Below, one piece after another: positions 1 to 9,747 of a DNA stretch of 59,099 bases. Made by a program: the position numbers and the translations under genes. Within the stretch, counting starts at the first letter, position 1. Every line of letters starts with the position of its first letter. This DNA is from Gammaproteobacteria bacterium (GTDB lineage Bacteria > Pseudomonadota > Gammaproteobacteria > Xanthomonadales > Wenzhouxiangellaceae): positions 1 through 59,099 of the forward strand of contig JAJFKZ010000090.1 of NCBI GenBank assembly GCA_021772955.1. The letters are read 5' to 3'. The notes under the pieces are model-generated. The model ran no database searches. It had not been told where the DNA came from and saw only the letters and a list, made by a program, of their open reading frames with translations.

Positions 1-774
1 GCCGCCGACAGCGATTTTGTGCATGCAGTGAAATACTATCCGGCCGGCGCCACCACCAATTCGGACAATGGTGTAACCAGTCTCAAGCATGTGTATCCGG
101 TACTGGAGGCCATGCAAAAGCACGATCTACCGTTGTTGCTGCACGGTGAGGTGACCGACGCCGAAATTGATGTGTTTGATCGTGAGGCGGTGTTCATCGA
201 GCGCCATCTGCAGCAACTGGCACAAGATTTTCCGGCGCTGCGCATGGTACTGGAGCATGTCACCACTGCGGATGCGGTGCAGTTTGTCGAAGCTGCTGGC
301 GATAACATCGCTGCCACCATCACCGCGCATCATCTGCTGCTTAACCGCAACGCCATGTTCACGGGCGGACTGCGGCCGCACCACTACTGCCTGCCGCTGA
401 TCAAATGCGAGCGGCATCGGCAGGCGCTGTTGGCAGCAGCCACCAGCGGCAGTCCGAACTTCTTTCTCGGCACCGACAGCGCACCACATCCGCGCCAGGA
501 CAAGGAATCGGATTGCGGCTGTGCCGGGATTTACAGCGCCCATGCTGCGCTTGAACTGTATGCCGAAATCTTCGAGACCAATGCTGCATTGGACAAGCTT
601 GAAGGCTTTGCCAGCTGGTACGGTGCCGATTTTTACCGCCTGCCCAGAAACAGCGACAGCATCAGCCTGCACCAGCAGCAGTGGACTATGCCGGCAGAAT
701 TATCAGCAGCCGATCAGGCGCTGGTACCATTGTGTGCCGGGCAGCCCATGCGTTGGCGTATGCAGACGGTGTGA
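1..774 (+). CDS. pyrC: Dihydroorotase (E. coli PyrC-type), 5'-truncated by the window edge
   Basis: Frame 1 is open from base 1 ([21 protein letters not shown]...). The DHOase C-terminal part carries [18 protein letters not shown] and the [10 protein letters not shown] catalytic motif. Stop at 772-774. Confidence 0.85.
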   Translation, partial: AADSDFVHAVKYYPAGATTNSDNGVTSLKHVYPVLEAMQKHDLPLLLHGEVTDAEIDVFDREAVFIERHLQQLAQDFPALRMVLEHVTTADAVQFVEAAGDNIAATITAHHLLLNRNAMFTGGLRPHHYCLPLIKCERHRQALLAAATSGSPNFFLGTDSAPHPRQDKESDCGCAGIYSAHAALELYAEIFETNAALDKLEGFASWYGADFYRLPRNSDSISLHQQQWTMPAELSAADQALVPLCAGQPMRWRMQTV

Positions 775-1231
775 AGCAATGCCGTGGGCCAGTTCAGCTC
801 AGGCCATGCGGAGTGAGAGTATTGCAGTTCTGCTGTCACTACACGTACTGATAGCAACGTCAAAATTATCTCATCCAGGGCTACGTCGTTGCGCACTGAA
901 GCCCGACTGGTAAACGGTAATTTTGCTATCATGCCAACAGTTTGTTGGGTAATTCTGCATTGCCACGCAGTGACTTCGACTTAGGGTCAGAGCTAAGACA
1001 AAGTCTGGAATTACCGCGATGACCAGCCACATGGATGTGCCACAACAGACCCCGGGTCTGAGTGAGTCAGCGAAACACCAACACCGTTGTGCGACAGTGT
1101 CAGTGTCTTCGAAGGCGATCCAGAAGCAGAGCTACAAGCATCTGTTTCAAGCGAATGAGTCATTTGTTTCAACAGCGTAGACTGCTAACATGATCAATTT
1201 GCTGATTTTGACCCCGACCTAGAGTACAGCC

Positions 1232-2962
1232 TTGAAACTGTTCTCAGAGTTGCGGCGCCGTAATGTTTTTCGTGTGGCTTCAGGCTATGCGGTGTTCAGC
1301 TGGCTGTTGATTGAAATTTCCGATACCATTTTTCCCTATCTGGCTTTGCCGCAGTGGACGGTAACGTTGGTCATTACGCTGTTGGCGCTGGGGTTTCCGC
1401 TGGTGCTGCTGCTGTCCTGGATCTTTGACCTGACGCCTGGCGGGCTGGTGCGCACTGATGAACTCGACAGTGCACAGGCACAGCAGGTCATTCGCGGACG
1501 TGAACTGGACTTCATAATCATCTCCGCGCTGCTGCTGTTGCTGGCTTATCTGCTGTGGGACAAGTTCAATTCCAACAGAAATCCGTTTTTGGCTGAGGGG
1601 GCTGCATCCAGTATTGCCATTTTACCGTTTAGCGATCTTAGTCAACAAGGTGATCAGGCCTATTTCGCCGATGGTCTGAGTGAAGAAATCCTGAATCTTC
1701 TGGCGCACATTGATGCCTTGCAGGTCACCGCCAGAACCTCCTCGTTTGCCATGCGCGACAAGGGCCTGACCATTCCCGAGATTGGTGCCATGCTGGGTGT
1801 TACCTATTTGCTGGAAGGCACAGTGCGCAAGGCTGGCGATCAACTACGGGTCACCACCAAGCTGATCAATGCGCAAAGCGGCTTTGATGTCTGGACGGAA
1901 AGCTTTGATCGAACCATGAGCGAGGTGTTCACCATACAAGACGAGATCGCCAGCAGCGTGGTTGCGGCACTGAAATTAACTTTGCTGGATCAGGTTCCAA
2001 CCGCAAGAACCACCGACGCCGAAGCCTATCAATTGTTTTTGCAGGGCCGCAAGCTGGCTGCTGATCGCAATGCTGATTCACTGCGCAATGCCGAGTCTTT
2101 GCTGCAGCAGGCACTGACGATCGATCCACTCTATGTGCCGGCACTGGTGGAGCTCAGTGATGTCTATGTGAATCAGGCCAACGCCAGCCTGCTCAGCTTT
2201 GCCGATGCTTTTGCCAGCGCCAGGGGCTTGCTGGATCAGGCCATTAGCATCGATCCCACCTATGGTCCGGCTTACGCTCAGTTGGGGCGCATCAAGCTCT
2301 ACTATGACTGGGATGTAGTCGGCGCTGATGTGATCATACAAAAGGCGCTGGATCTGGATTCCGGAGACGCCCGCATCATCAATAATGCAGCCACACTGGC
2401 CAGCAATCGGGGACGTCTGGAACAAGCCCTTGAGCTCTATCAACGGGCGATCAAACTGGATCCGATCAGGCACAATCTGTACGTGAATCTGGCTTTGACT
2501 CAGTACAAGATGGGTCAGCAGGACGCTGCGTTGGTCACCATTAACAAGGCACTGGAGCTGAGTCCACAAGCCTACGGGGTCAATTTCACGCATGCGCGTA
2601 TTTTGTTAGCGCGCGGCCAGCCTGAGCTCGCCCTGCAGGCAGCCACGGCTGAAACGGCTGAATGGTGGCGGCTGCAGGGTCAGGCGCTGGCTCTGCACGA
2701 CCTTGGCCAGAGCGAAGCAGAGGCGCTGGCATTGGCAGAGTTGATCGAAAAACATGCGGATAACTGGGCCTATCAGATTGCCGAAATCTGTGCCTATCAT
2801 GGCGATGTTGAAATGGCGTTCAGCTGGCTGGAGCAGGCCTATCGCAACCGCGATGGTGGCCTGATTGAAATGCTTGCCGACCCGCTAATGAACAATCTGC
2901 ATGATGATTCGCGCTGGGCTGAGTGGGTCGCCAGGATGGGCTTTGTCGAGCCCACCCAATAA
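1232..2962 (+). CDS. Membrane-anchored TPR-repeat protein
   Basis: 576-aa ORF with a TTG start. The N-terminus RRRNVFRVASGYAVFSWLLIEI plus a second TM is typical of this family. A periplasmic ILPFSDLS..YFADGLSEEI module follows, then multiple TPR-like repeats (ALELYQRAIKLDP, INKALELSPQ). Confidence 0.7.
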   Translation: MKLFSELRRRNVFRVASGYAVFSWLLIEISDTIFPYLALPQWTVTLVITLLALGFPLVLLLSWIFDLTPGGLVRTDELDSAQAQQVIRGRELDFIIISALLLLLAYLLWDKFNSNRNPFLAEGAASSIAILPFSDLSQQGDQAYFADGLSEEILNLLAHIDALQVTARTSSFAMRDKGLTIPEIGAMLGVTYLLEGTVRKAGDQLRVTTKLINAQSGFDVWTESFDRTMSEVFTIQDEIASSVVAALKLTLLDQVPTARTTDAEAYQLFLQGRKLAADRNADSLRNAESLLQQALTIDPLYVPALVELSDVYVNQANASLLSFADAFASARGLLDQAISIDPTYGPAYAQLGRIKLYYDWDVVGADVIIQKALDLDSGDARIINNAATLASNRGRLEQALELYQRAIKLDPIRHNLYVNLALTQYKMGQQDAALVTINKALELSPQAYGVNFTHARILLARGQPELALQAATAETAEWWRLQGQALALHDLGQSEAEALALAELIEKHADNWAYQIAEICAYHGDVEMAFSWLEQAYRNRDGGLIEMLADPLMNNLHDDSRWAEWVARMGFVEPTQ

Positions 2963-3071
2963 TGACCTGACCGCCCTCAGCCCGCCTTGTACACCGGTCG
3001 TGATGAGCTGTATCAGCTGACCGGTGTTGCCGAGCTGTTTGCCTGCAGCTATCGCTGCAGCATGGTCGCAG

Positions 3072-3707
3072 CTATAGCTGTGCCTGCTCTGGTTCCTGCT
3101 GGCGGCGGTAGCTAGCGCTGAACCAGCTGCTCCATTGTCCCGTTTCGGCATGCATCTGTTCCAGTATCTGCAGCACGCTGCCGTCTTTCTGCCGCTGCCA
3201 ACTGCCCCGGAATGGTGCGGTTTTGCCAGTCTTGTGATAACTGATGGTGCCTTGCAGCCGCATCGTGCCGCGGTCGTCCAGCGCGCCCTGATAATCGATG
3301 AACACACCTTCGCTCTGCCATACCTGACGCCAGGCAGCTTGCAGCGGATCATAGAAATTCATGCTGGTGCCGGTAGTGCCGAGCACACCTTGCCACAGCT
3401 CCAGCAACAGGCAGCCACCGGCCAGTTTGCTGATGCTGTTGACACCGACCTTGTCGTTGTTGCTGGCATCGTACACGTCCCAGTTGCCGAGCCAGAAATC
3501 GAAATCCCGATACGGCGATTGCAGCGATGTACAGGCGGCCTGATCGGTGACACTGACCGCAGGCGCTGGGCTTGAAGCAGCGTCGCTGTTGGCGGCAGCT
3601 GCGCTGGTCGCGGTCTGTGCTGCCGGCGGTTCAGTGTGACCACAGGCCATCATGCCAATGGCCATCAGCAGCAAAAGAACATGCGTAGGACGTGGACTAT
3701 GAATCAT
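3072..3707 (-). CDS. Putative lipoprotein of unknown function (beta-barrel/DUF1579-like, uncertain)
   Basis: Internal ATG at 3707 gives MIHSPRPTHVLLLLMAIGMMAC, a signal peptide plus lipobox Cys. An Ala/Ser-rich linker and a globular domain (FDFWLGNWDVYD...) follow. The longer 315-aa ORF upstream has an implausible composition. Confidence 0.6.
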   Translation of the reverse strand: MIHSPRPTHVLLLLMAIGMMACGHTEPPAAQTATSAAAANSDAASSPAPAVSVTDQAACTSLQSPYRDFDFWLGNWDVYDASNNDKVGVNSISKLAGGCLLLELWQGVLGTTGTSMNFYDPLQAAWRQVWQSEGVFIDYQGALDDRGTMRLQGTISYHKTGKTAPFRGSWQRQKDGSVLQILEQMHAETGQWSSWFSASYRRQQEPEQAQL

Positions 3708-3844
3708 GCTGGTTACCGACTGGATATTCAGCTGCAGCATAGCATGAAGCATTGCCAGCGACTGAATGCTGCATTGGAGGACGCGAGGCGGCACGGTTAT
3801 ACTGGTACGACAGAAGTTTGGCAGAAGTTTTGGAGAAGTTAACC

Positions 3845-4279
3845 ATGAACATTCTTGTTGCGATCGACCTGTCAGCGGCCAGCAGCAAGGTTGTTGCTGC
3901 GGCCAGCCGTGTGGCCGAAATGTCCGGCGCTGAAGTTTACCTGCTGCATGTGGCCGAGCCGGAAGTTGACTACATTGGCTACGAAGCCGGACCGGCAGTG
4001 CTGCGTCGACAGGAGGCACAGGATTACCAGCGTGAGCAGGAACAAGTCAACGGCTATGTAAAACAACTGACCGATGCCGGGTACAAGGCGCAGGCCATGG
4101 TGGTGGAAGGCGCGATGGCGAAAACCACCATCAGTGAAGCCAAACGCCTGGGCTCGGAATGGATCGTGGTCGGCAGTCACGGTCATGGTGCCGTCTATGA
4201 CATGCTGGTCGGCAGCCACTCTGCCGCACTGATGCGCAAATCACCGGTGCCGGTACTGGTGGTACCGACCCGCGATTGA
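3845..4279 (+). CDS. Universal stress protein (UspA family)
   Basis: ATG at 3845 gives MNILVAIDLSAASSKVV...LLHV...IVVGSHGHGAVYDMLVGSHSAALMRKSPVPVLVV, the canonical Usp fold with its ATP-binding G-x2-G-x9-G(S/T) motif. Confidence 0.8.
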   Translation: MNILVAIDLSAASSKVVAAASRVAEMSGAEVYLLHVAEPEVDYIGYEAGPAVLRRQEAQDYQREQEQVNGYVKQLTDAGYKAQAMVVEGAMAKTTISEAKRLGSEWIVVGSHGHGAVYDMLVGSHSAALMRKSPVPVLVVPTRD

Positions 4280-4304
4280 AAGCTTGCATAGTTAGCCTGG
4301 TTGT

Positions 4305-5798
4305 TCAGCCCTGGTCGGGCAATGCAGCCAGCACAAAAGGGCGTTGTGATGCGCTCTGTTCAGGTTCAATGATCAGTCTTTCGCCCTGTTCAAAACTGGC
4401 CAGAGCCTGCTCCAGGTCGTCGCTCTCCCAATCCAGTGCAGCCGCCTTGCGGATGGCTTTATGCTGGTGTTCGGCGGCAAGTGTAAAATTGCCGCTGGCA
4501 GCGGCAACAGCTGCGGAGGCCACATGCCAGTAGGGCTCACCCCGATACCAGCCGGAGATCGCCTGCAGCGCTGCGCGCGCCTGATCAAGGCTTTTCTGGT
4601 CGGGCGGCTGGCCTGCCGTGGCCGTAATCATGCTGTGGTGGATGACAGCTGGCGCATAGTCTTGGGCTGCAGCAAGGTTGACCAGATCAATGCGGCTGAT
4701 GTCATCAAAAGCGAACGCTGCATGATTGTCCGGGCCATTGCGGGCAACGCTGTAGCTGATCGCCGGGTAGTCACCTAAGGCAGAGATGTTAATCCACAGG
4801 CCGCCGTGTTCGCGCTCAGATGCTTCTCGCCAGTCCTGCGACAGGTGCATGCCCACCATGTGCTGGGCTTCGGGAATGCCTGCCCAGGCAGCATCCAGCA
4901 ACAACGCCCATGACCGTCTGTCGTCCATGTCACTGATATCCAGGTAAAGATGACTCACGGCAAGCAAGTATTGCGCATAGGCATCGCCTGCTTCTGCTCG
5001 TTTGCGGATGCCGTTGATATGCTTGATCAATTGTGGACTGGGCCGACTTTTCTGATTTCTGCGGATACGGTAATCTATGACCTGCCTGCTGACGACGGGT
5101 CTTGGGTCTTGTTCTGACAGGCCGGTCCATGCCACCTTGAAGTGGGTAATCGCATCCAGTGAAGCTGCATCAAACAGTTCGCCGGGAACGCTGTAGAGCA
5201 CGCTAGGCAAGCGCACTGAGCCATCCGGAAACACCCAGAACTCGGTCATGTTGTAGCCGCCAAGACGCTTCGCCAAGGCGCTGGATGGATAAATTGGCGG
5301 TCTGGTTTTAATCAGCTCAAATTCCTGCTGCTGGTCAGCTTCAGGCCCTTCCCTCAGTAGTTTGTCGGTTTGTGCATCGACGCCGAAGTTTTGTTGCAAT
5401 GATGCCAGCGCCAAACGTGCTGAATGTCTTGACGTATCGTCTGGCAGTGCTTGCAGGACCGTTGCTGCGGTGTCTGCAAAGGATTCCTGCTGTACTGCGG
5501 CCAGCCCGATCCAGGCATAGGCCTGCAGCGGGTCCTGATCCACCGACTGTCCCTTCAGATACATCACGCCGAAATTGTACTGTGCCGTGCTGAAACCCAT
5601 TTCAGCCAGCAGTTTGAACTGCTCGGCAGCGCTTTCGAAGTTGTTTTCCTGATAATTGTCCAGTGCTTCCTGCAGTGCCGGGTTGGCATTGGCGACAGCA
5701 ATGAAGAGCAATGTGATAGTAATGATAAGGCTGGCTGTCAGCCATCTACGTATTGATTTCGAGAAATTGTCGCTACCTTCAGATTCTTGCATTTTCAT
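4305..5798 (-). CDS. Membrane-anchored Sel1-repeat protein with an embedded TonB C-terminal-like domain
   Basis: 497-aa ORF with an N-terminal TM (WLTASLIITITLLFIAVANA). Sel1-like repeats (AQYNFGVMYLKGQSVDQDPLQAYAWIGLAA; GDAYAQYLLAVSHLY; PEAQHMVGMHL) flank PPIYPSSALAKRLGGYNMTEFWVFPDGSV...LDAITHFKVAW, which resembles TonB_C. Confidence 0.6.
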   Translation of the reverse strand: MKMQESEGSDNFSKSIRRWLTASLIITITLLFIAVANANPALQEALDNYQENNFESAAEQFKLLAEMGFSTAQYNFGVMYLKGQSVDQDPLQAYAWIGLAAVQQESFADTAATVLQALPDDTSRHSARLALASLQQNFGVDAQTDKLLREGPEADQQQEFELIKTRPPIYPSSALAKRLGGYNMTEFWVFPDGSVRLPSVLYSVPGELFDAASLDAITHFKVAWTGLSEQDPRPVVSRQVIDYRIRRNQKSRPSPQLIKHINGIRKRAEAGDAYAQYLLAVSHLYLDISDMDDRRSWALLLDAAWAGIPEAQHMVGMHLSQDWREASEREHGGLWINISALGDYPAISYSVARNGPDNHAAFAFDDISRIDLVNLAAAQDYAPAVIHHSMITATAGQPPDQKSLDQARAALQAISGWYRGEPYWHVASAAVAAASGNFTLAAEHQHKAIRKAAALDWESDDLEQALASFEQGERLIIEPEQSASQRPFVLAALPDQG

Positions 5799-5927
5799 GG
5801 CTCAATACTCAGTCAGTCGATGAGATGCGCATCGGGGTATCCTGTTGTGCTGTTATTGTTGCTTTTAATTGATCACCCTTACTTCTTTGGACAAATGAGA
5901 GACCAATCTCTCTCAGTGATCCCAGGG

Positions 5928-7763
5928 TCAGTATAACAAGTTGATCATGCCAATCATCACGGCGATATACACCGTACTGAGCCCGATGCCGACACGGATG
6001 AAGTCGGCCACGCGGTAGTTGCCCGGCCCCATCACCAGCGCGTTGACCTGATGCGTGGGCAACAAGAAGGCGTTCGAGCAACCCAGTACCACGATAAGTA
6101 TCATCGGGATTGGATCGGCATTTACGCTGATGGCAATGTTGATGGCCAGCGGCACCAGCAACACGGTAGCACCGACGTTGGACATGGTCAGGGTGAACAG
6201 CGTGGCCAGCAACGCCAGCACGATCTGCACCACCAGTAACGGCACATCACCAATGATAACGAGCAGGCCTTCGGCCAGCCAAGCGGCGGTGGCGGTCGAT
6301 TCCATGGCACTGCCCAGCGGAATCAGCGCGGCAAGCAGAAACACAGTTTTCCAGCTCACCGCGGCATACGCCTCGTCCATGCTCAACACGCCACTGAGCA
6401 CCATGCCCATAGCGCCGATCAGCAGAGCCAACGACAGGCGCATGTCCGTGAGGGTGATGAGCAGCAATGAGAGCAGAAAAAACACCAGCGCGTAGGCCAG
6501 TTTTTGCGGTCTGGCCTCGTCTTTGGGCAGGTCGGAGGCAACCAGAAAATCACGGTCCTGACTCAGCTTGGTCAGGTTCTTCCAGCTGGAATGGCTGACC
6601 AGACAGTCGCCAACCTCCAGCACCTGGTTGCGCAACTCCTCATTGATGATCTCGCCGCGCCGATTGATGGCCAGTACGTTGATACCAATCCGCGTGCGCA
6701 TGCGTGATTCACCGATGCTTTTGCCGACCAGGCTGGAGCCGGGGGGAATCACCACCTCGGTGATGCCGGCCAGCGCCGGGTTGAACAAGTGCCCGAAGGT
6801 GCGCAGTCGTGGCTGCAAGCGGCATTGTTGCTGGTCGGCAAAAGCCTGCACCTGTTGCTTGGTGCCCATCACCCCAAGCATGGTACCCACCCAGATCATG
6901 TCCCCGGACGGTGGTGCCAGACGCGGTGCATCGGTATTGCGAATGGCCAGAATCAACGGCGCACCGTCGATTTTCTCGGCCTCTCCGACCTGCATTCCAA
7001 CCATCGGTGAATCCATCGTCACCAGCAGTTCATGCACATCGCCACGCAAGCCGTAAACGTCGGCAAAATAGGATTGTGGGCGTGTGCGGCTTTTGCTCTC
7101 GATTTTTTCGGCCGGCAGTAAAAAACGCCCGAACAGCAAAAAATAACCGATACCGGCCACCACCAGGACAATGCCGATCGGGGTCACATCAAACAGGGAA
7201 AAATGCGGTATGGTGCTGATGCCCAGTGGCAGTGAGCGATTGGCATTACTGATCAGGTCGTTCATCAGAATCAGCGGCGAGGAGCCGACCAGGGTCAAGG
7301 TGCCGCCAATGATGGCCAGCGAACCCATTGGCATCATCAGACGCGACACCGAGATACCGGTGCGCGACGAGATCTTGCTGACCAGCGGCAAAAACAGCGC
7401 GGCTGCGCCGATGTTCTGCATGAAGCCGGAAATGACCGCGACACTGCCGCAGATCATCGCCAGAATGCGGTTCTCGGTAGCGCCGCCCAATTTCACGATT
7501 CGGTTGGCCAGCATGTTGACGACGCCGGTTCGATCCAGCCCGGCGCCGACGATCATCACGGCGATGATGGCGATCACCGCGTTGGAAGCAAAACCGTTGA
7601 AGATGGTTTCGGCTGGAACCAGACCAAGCACACCCAGCAGCACCAGAATGATCAGTGCCGCAACATCCACGCGCACCACTTCGGAAATGAACATGTACGC
7701 GGCCAGCACCAGCAATCCCAGCACCAGCATCATGTCCGTGGTCAGGCTGATGGTGCTTTGCAT
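5928..7763 (-). CDS. SLC13/DASS-family permease with two TrkA-C (RCK-C) domains
   Basis: 611-aa polytopic membrane protein. N- and C-terminal transporter halves are separated by two soluble repeats (VTMDSPMVGMQVGE...; VVIPPGSSLVGKSIGES...), typical of YfbS-like transporters. Confidence 0.8.
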   Translation of the reverse strand: MQSTISLTTDMMLVLGLLVLAAYMFISEVVRVDVAALIILVLLGVLGLVPAETIFNGFASNAVIAIIAVMIVGAGLDRTGVVNMLANRIVKLGGATENRILAMICGSVAVISGFMQNIGAAALFLPLVSKISSRTGISVSRLMMPMGSLAIIGGTLTLVGSSPLILMNDLISNANRSLPLGISTIPHFSLFDVTPIGIVLVVAGIGYFLLFGRFLLPAEKIESKSRTRPQSYFADVYGLRGDVHELLVTMDSPMVGMQVGEAEKIDGAPLILAIRNTDAPRLAPPSGDMIWVGTMLGVMGTKQQVQAFADQQQCRLQPRLRTFGHLFNPALAGITEVVIPPGSSLVGKSIGESRMRTRIGINVLAINRRGEIINEELRNQVLEVGDCLVSHSSWKNLTKLSQDRDFLVASDLPKDEARPQKLAYALVFFLLSLLLITLTDMRLSLALLIGAMGMVLSGVLSMDEAYAAVSWKTVFLLAALIPLGSAMESTATAAWLAEGLLVIIGDVPLLVVQIVLALLATLFTLTMSNVGATVLLVPLAINIAISVNADPIPMILIVVLGCSNAFLLPTHQVNALVMGPGNYRVADFIRVGIGLSTVYIAVMIGMINLLY

Positions 7764-7769
7764 GATGGT

Positions 7770-8483
7770 TCAGCCGCCGGTTTGCAGGCGCTGAAAGTGC
7801 AGATCAAACACCCGGTGTCCGAGGCGCTGGCCGCGTCGTTCGAAGCGGGTCAGGGGCCTGCATAGCGGTCGCTCGCTGTACTGACCGGGTCCGGCAAGGT
7901 TGGTAAAGCCGCTCTGGTTGGACATCACGGCAAGCATCTTCTCGGCATAGTCGCGCCAATCGGTGGCCAGCATCAGCGCGCCACCGGGGCGGATGATGCG
8001 CGCCAGCTCAGCAACAAAAATGGGTTGGATGAGGCGGCGTTTGTGATGTCGTTTCTTGGGCCAGGGATCAGGGAAAAAGATCTGCACCGTGCTGATGCAG
8101 GCACTAGCCAGTGTGGCTCGGGTCCAGAATGTTGCATCGGTAATAGCAACACGAACATTGGCAAGTTGGAAACGCTCTAGCTGTTGCAACAAGTGGCCAA
8201 CGCCGGGACGATGCACTTCCAGGCCGATGTGGTTTTGTTGCGGGTTGGCAAGCGCCTGAGCGAGCAGTGATTCGCCATTGCCGAAACCGATTTCCAGCAG
8301 CAGCGGAAGATCATTCTGAAAAACGTCAGTCAGTTGCAGTGCGGCCTCGGATTGCAGCGGCAGGCCGTACTTTGGCAACAGCTCGGTCAGAGCGTTTTGT
8401 TGCGCAGTGGTCAGCCGACCTTCGCGGCGCACAAAGCTGCGCACCTGTCGTGCTGGATAAAGCTGGTTTTCTTGATCTTGCAT
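7770..8483 (-). CDS. trmB: tRNA (guanine46-N7)-methyltransferase
   Basis: The ATG at 8483 is preferred. Motifs VRSFVRREGRLT, LEIGFGNGESL (SAM-binding motif) and QIFFPDPWPKKRHHKRRL. Sits in the conserved thiS-thiG-trmB order. Confidence 0.85.
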   Translation of the reverse strand: MQDQENQLYPARQVRSFVRREGRLTTAQQNALTELLPKYGLPLQSEAALQLTDVFQNDLPLLLEIGFGNGESLLAQALANPQQNHIGLEVHRPGVGHLLQQLERFQLANVRVAITDATFWTRATLASACISTVQIFFPDPWPKKRHHKRRLIQPIFVAELARIIRPGGALMLATDWRDYAEKMLAVMSNQSGFTNLAGPGQYSERPLCRPLTRFERRGQRLGHRVFDLHFQRLQTGG

Positions 8484-8547
8484 GTGACAACATTGTAGTG
8501 CAGAACTTCGGCCTTGATCGGTCAATCTTGGCGTGTAGCGCAAACGC

Positions 8548-9375
8548 TCAGTCGATCAGCCCGGCGCTGGGCGATGAGGCGCTGGCAAAGCGTTGTCGTG
8601 GAATGCGACCAGCCTGGCTGGCCAGTCGGCCGGCCTGAATCGCCAGACGCATGGCATGGGCCATTTTCACCGGCTCTCTGGCGCTGGCAATGGCGGTGTT
8701 CATGAGCACGCCGTCGCAGCCCAGTTCCATGGCGATGGCTGCATCCGATGCAGTACCGACACCGGCATCGACCAGAATGGGCACCGTGGCCTCCTCGACG
8801 ATGGTCATGATGTTATAGCGATTTTGAATGCCCAGTCCGGAACCGATCGGTGCCGCCAGCGGCATCACCGCAACGCAGCCCATCTGCGCCAGCAGCCTGG
8901 CCATGAGCGGGTCATCGTTGCAGTAAACCATCACTTCGAAGCTGTCGGCGATGAGCATTTCCGCTGCCTTGAGCGTGGCTGGCATGTCCGGAAACAAGGT
9001 TTTCTGATCACCCAGCACTTCCAGTTTCACCAATTGCTGGCCGTTCAGCAATTCGCGCGCCAGCTTGCAGGTGCGCACGGCATCCTCAGCAGTGAAGCAA
9101 CCAGCGGTGTTCGGCAGAATGGTGAACTCATGCGCTGGCAAAACGTCCAGCAGATTGGGCTCGTTGCTGGTTTGGCCGATATTACTGCGACGAATGGCGA
9201 CAGTGACGATCTGCGCACCGGCGGCCAGCGTTGCGGCGCGGGTTTCAGCCAGGTCGCGGTATTTGCCGGTACCGGTCAGCAAGCGGGAATGATAGCTGCG
9301 CCCGGCGATGATCAGTGGGTCAGTGCAGTCGCCGTTGCTGGCAGTGGCTGCGCCGTTGTTTGGATTTGATGACAT
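8548..9375 (-). CDS. thiG: Thiazole synthase
   Basis: [21 protein letters not shown]..., [35 protein letters not shown]. The ATG at 9375 is preferred over the longer ORF start at 9417. Confidence 0.9.
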   Translation of the reverse strand: MSSNPNNGAATASNGDCTDPLIIAGRSYHSRLLTGTGKYRDLAETRAATLAAGAQIVTVAIRRSNIGQTSNEPNLLDVLPAHEFTILPNTAGCFTAEDAVRTCKLARELLNGQQLVKLEVLGDQKTLFPDMPATLKAAEMLIADSFEVMVYCNDDPLMARLLAQMGCVAVMPLAAPIGSGLGIQNRYNIMTIVEEATVPILVDAGVGTASDAAIAMELGCDGVLMNTAIASAREPVKMAHAMRLAIQAGRLASQAGRIPRQRFASASSPSAGLID

Positions 9376-9462
9376 GGTAATAACCTTGCAGAAAAATGAA
9401 AGTCGTTGCCAGCGCAATTGCGCCGGAATGCACTAGTGGTCATGCAACCTGATTAACGACAG

Positions 9463-9513
9463 GTTCAGCGTTCCTGTGGCCCTGAACGTTGACCTACCAA
9501 CTGCATCCGTCAT
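9463..9513 (+). repeat. 51-nt intergenic repeat, copy A (thiS-thiG spacer)
   Basis: gttcagcgttcctgtggccctgaacgttgacctaccaactgcatccgtcat matches copy B at 48/51 positions by my hand alignment. It contains the gttcag...ctgaac stem. Confidence 0.8.
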
Positions 9514-9531
9514 TAGCAGATTGCAGGATCA

Positions 9532-9741
9532 CTAGCCGCCACCGATGGCGTGCACTATTTCCACGCGATCATCCTGCTGCAGCCGATGCTGCTGATGCAG
9601 GCTGCGCGGTATGATTTCGCGATTGACTTCAACCGCCACCGGTTTATCGGCCATCCCGGCCAATCGCAGCAAATCGCTGATGTTGGCACCGGCTTTGATG
9701 TTGCGGCTCTCACCATTCAATTTCAGGGTCATGTCAGGCAT
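9532..9741 (-). CDS. thiS: Sulfur-carrier protein ThiS
   Basis: 69-aa ubiquitin-like protein ending in VEIVHAIGGG (C-terminal Gly-Gly). Lies directly upstream of thiG. Confidence 0.85.
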   Translation of the reverse strand: MPDMTLKLNGESRNIKAGANISDLLRLAGMADKPVAVEVNREIIPRSLHQQHRLQQDDRVEIVHAIGGG

Positions 9742-9747
9742 AGGTCT

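Noticed and set aside
3708-4019. 104-codon N-terminal extension of the lipoprotein ORF
   Set aside because: The internal ATG yields a textbook signal peptide plus lipobox. The extension overlaps the usp promoter and gene start on the other strand.
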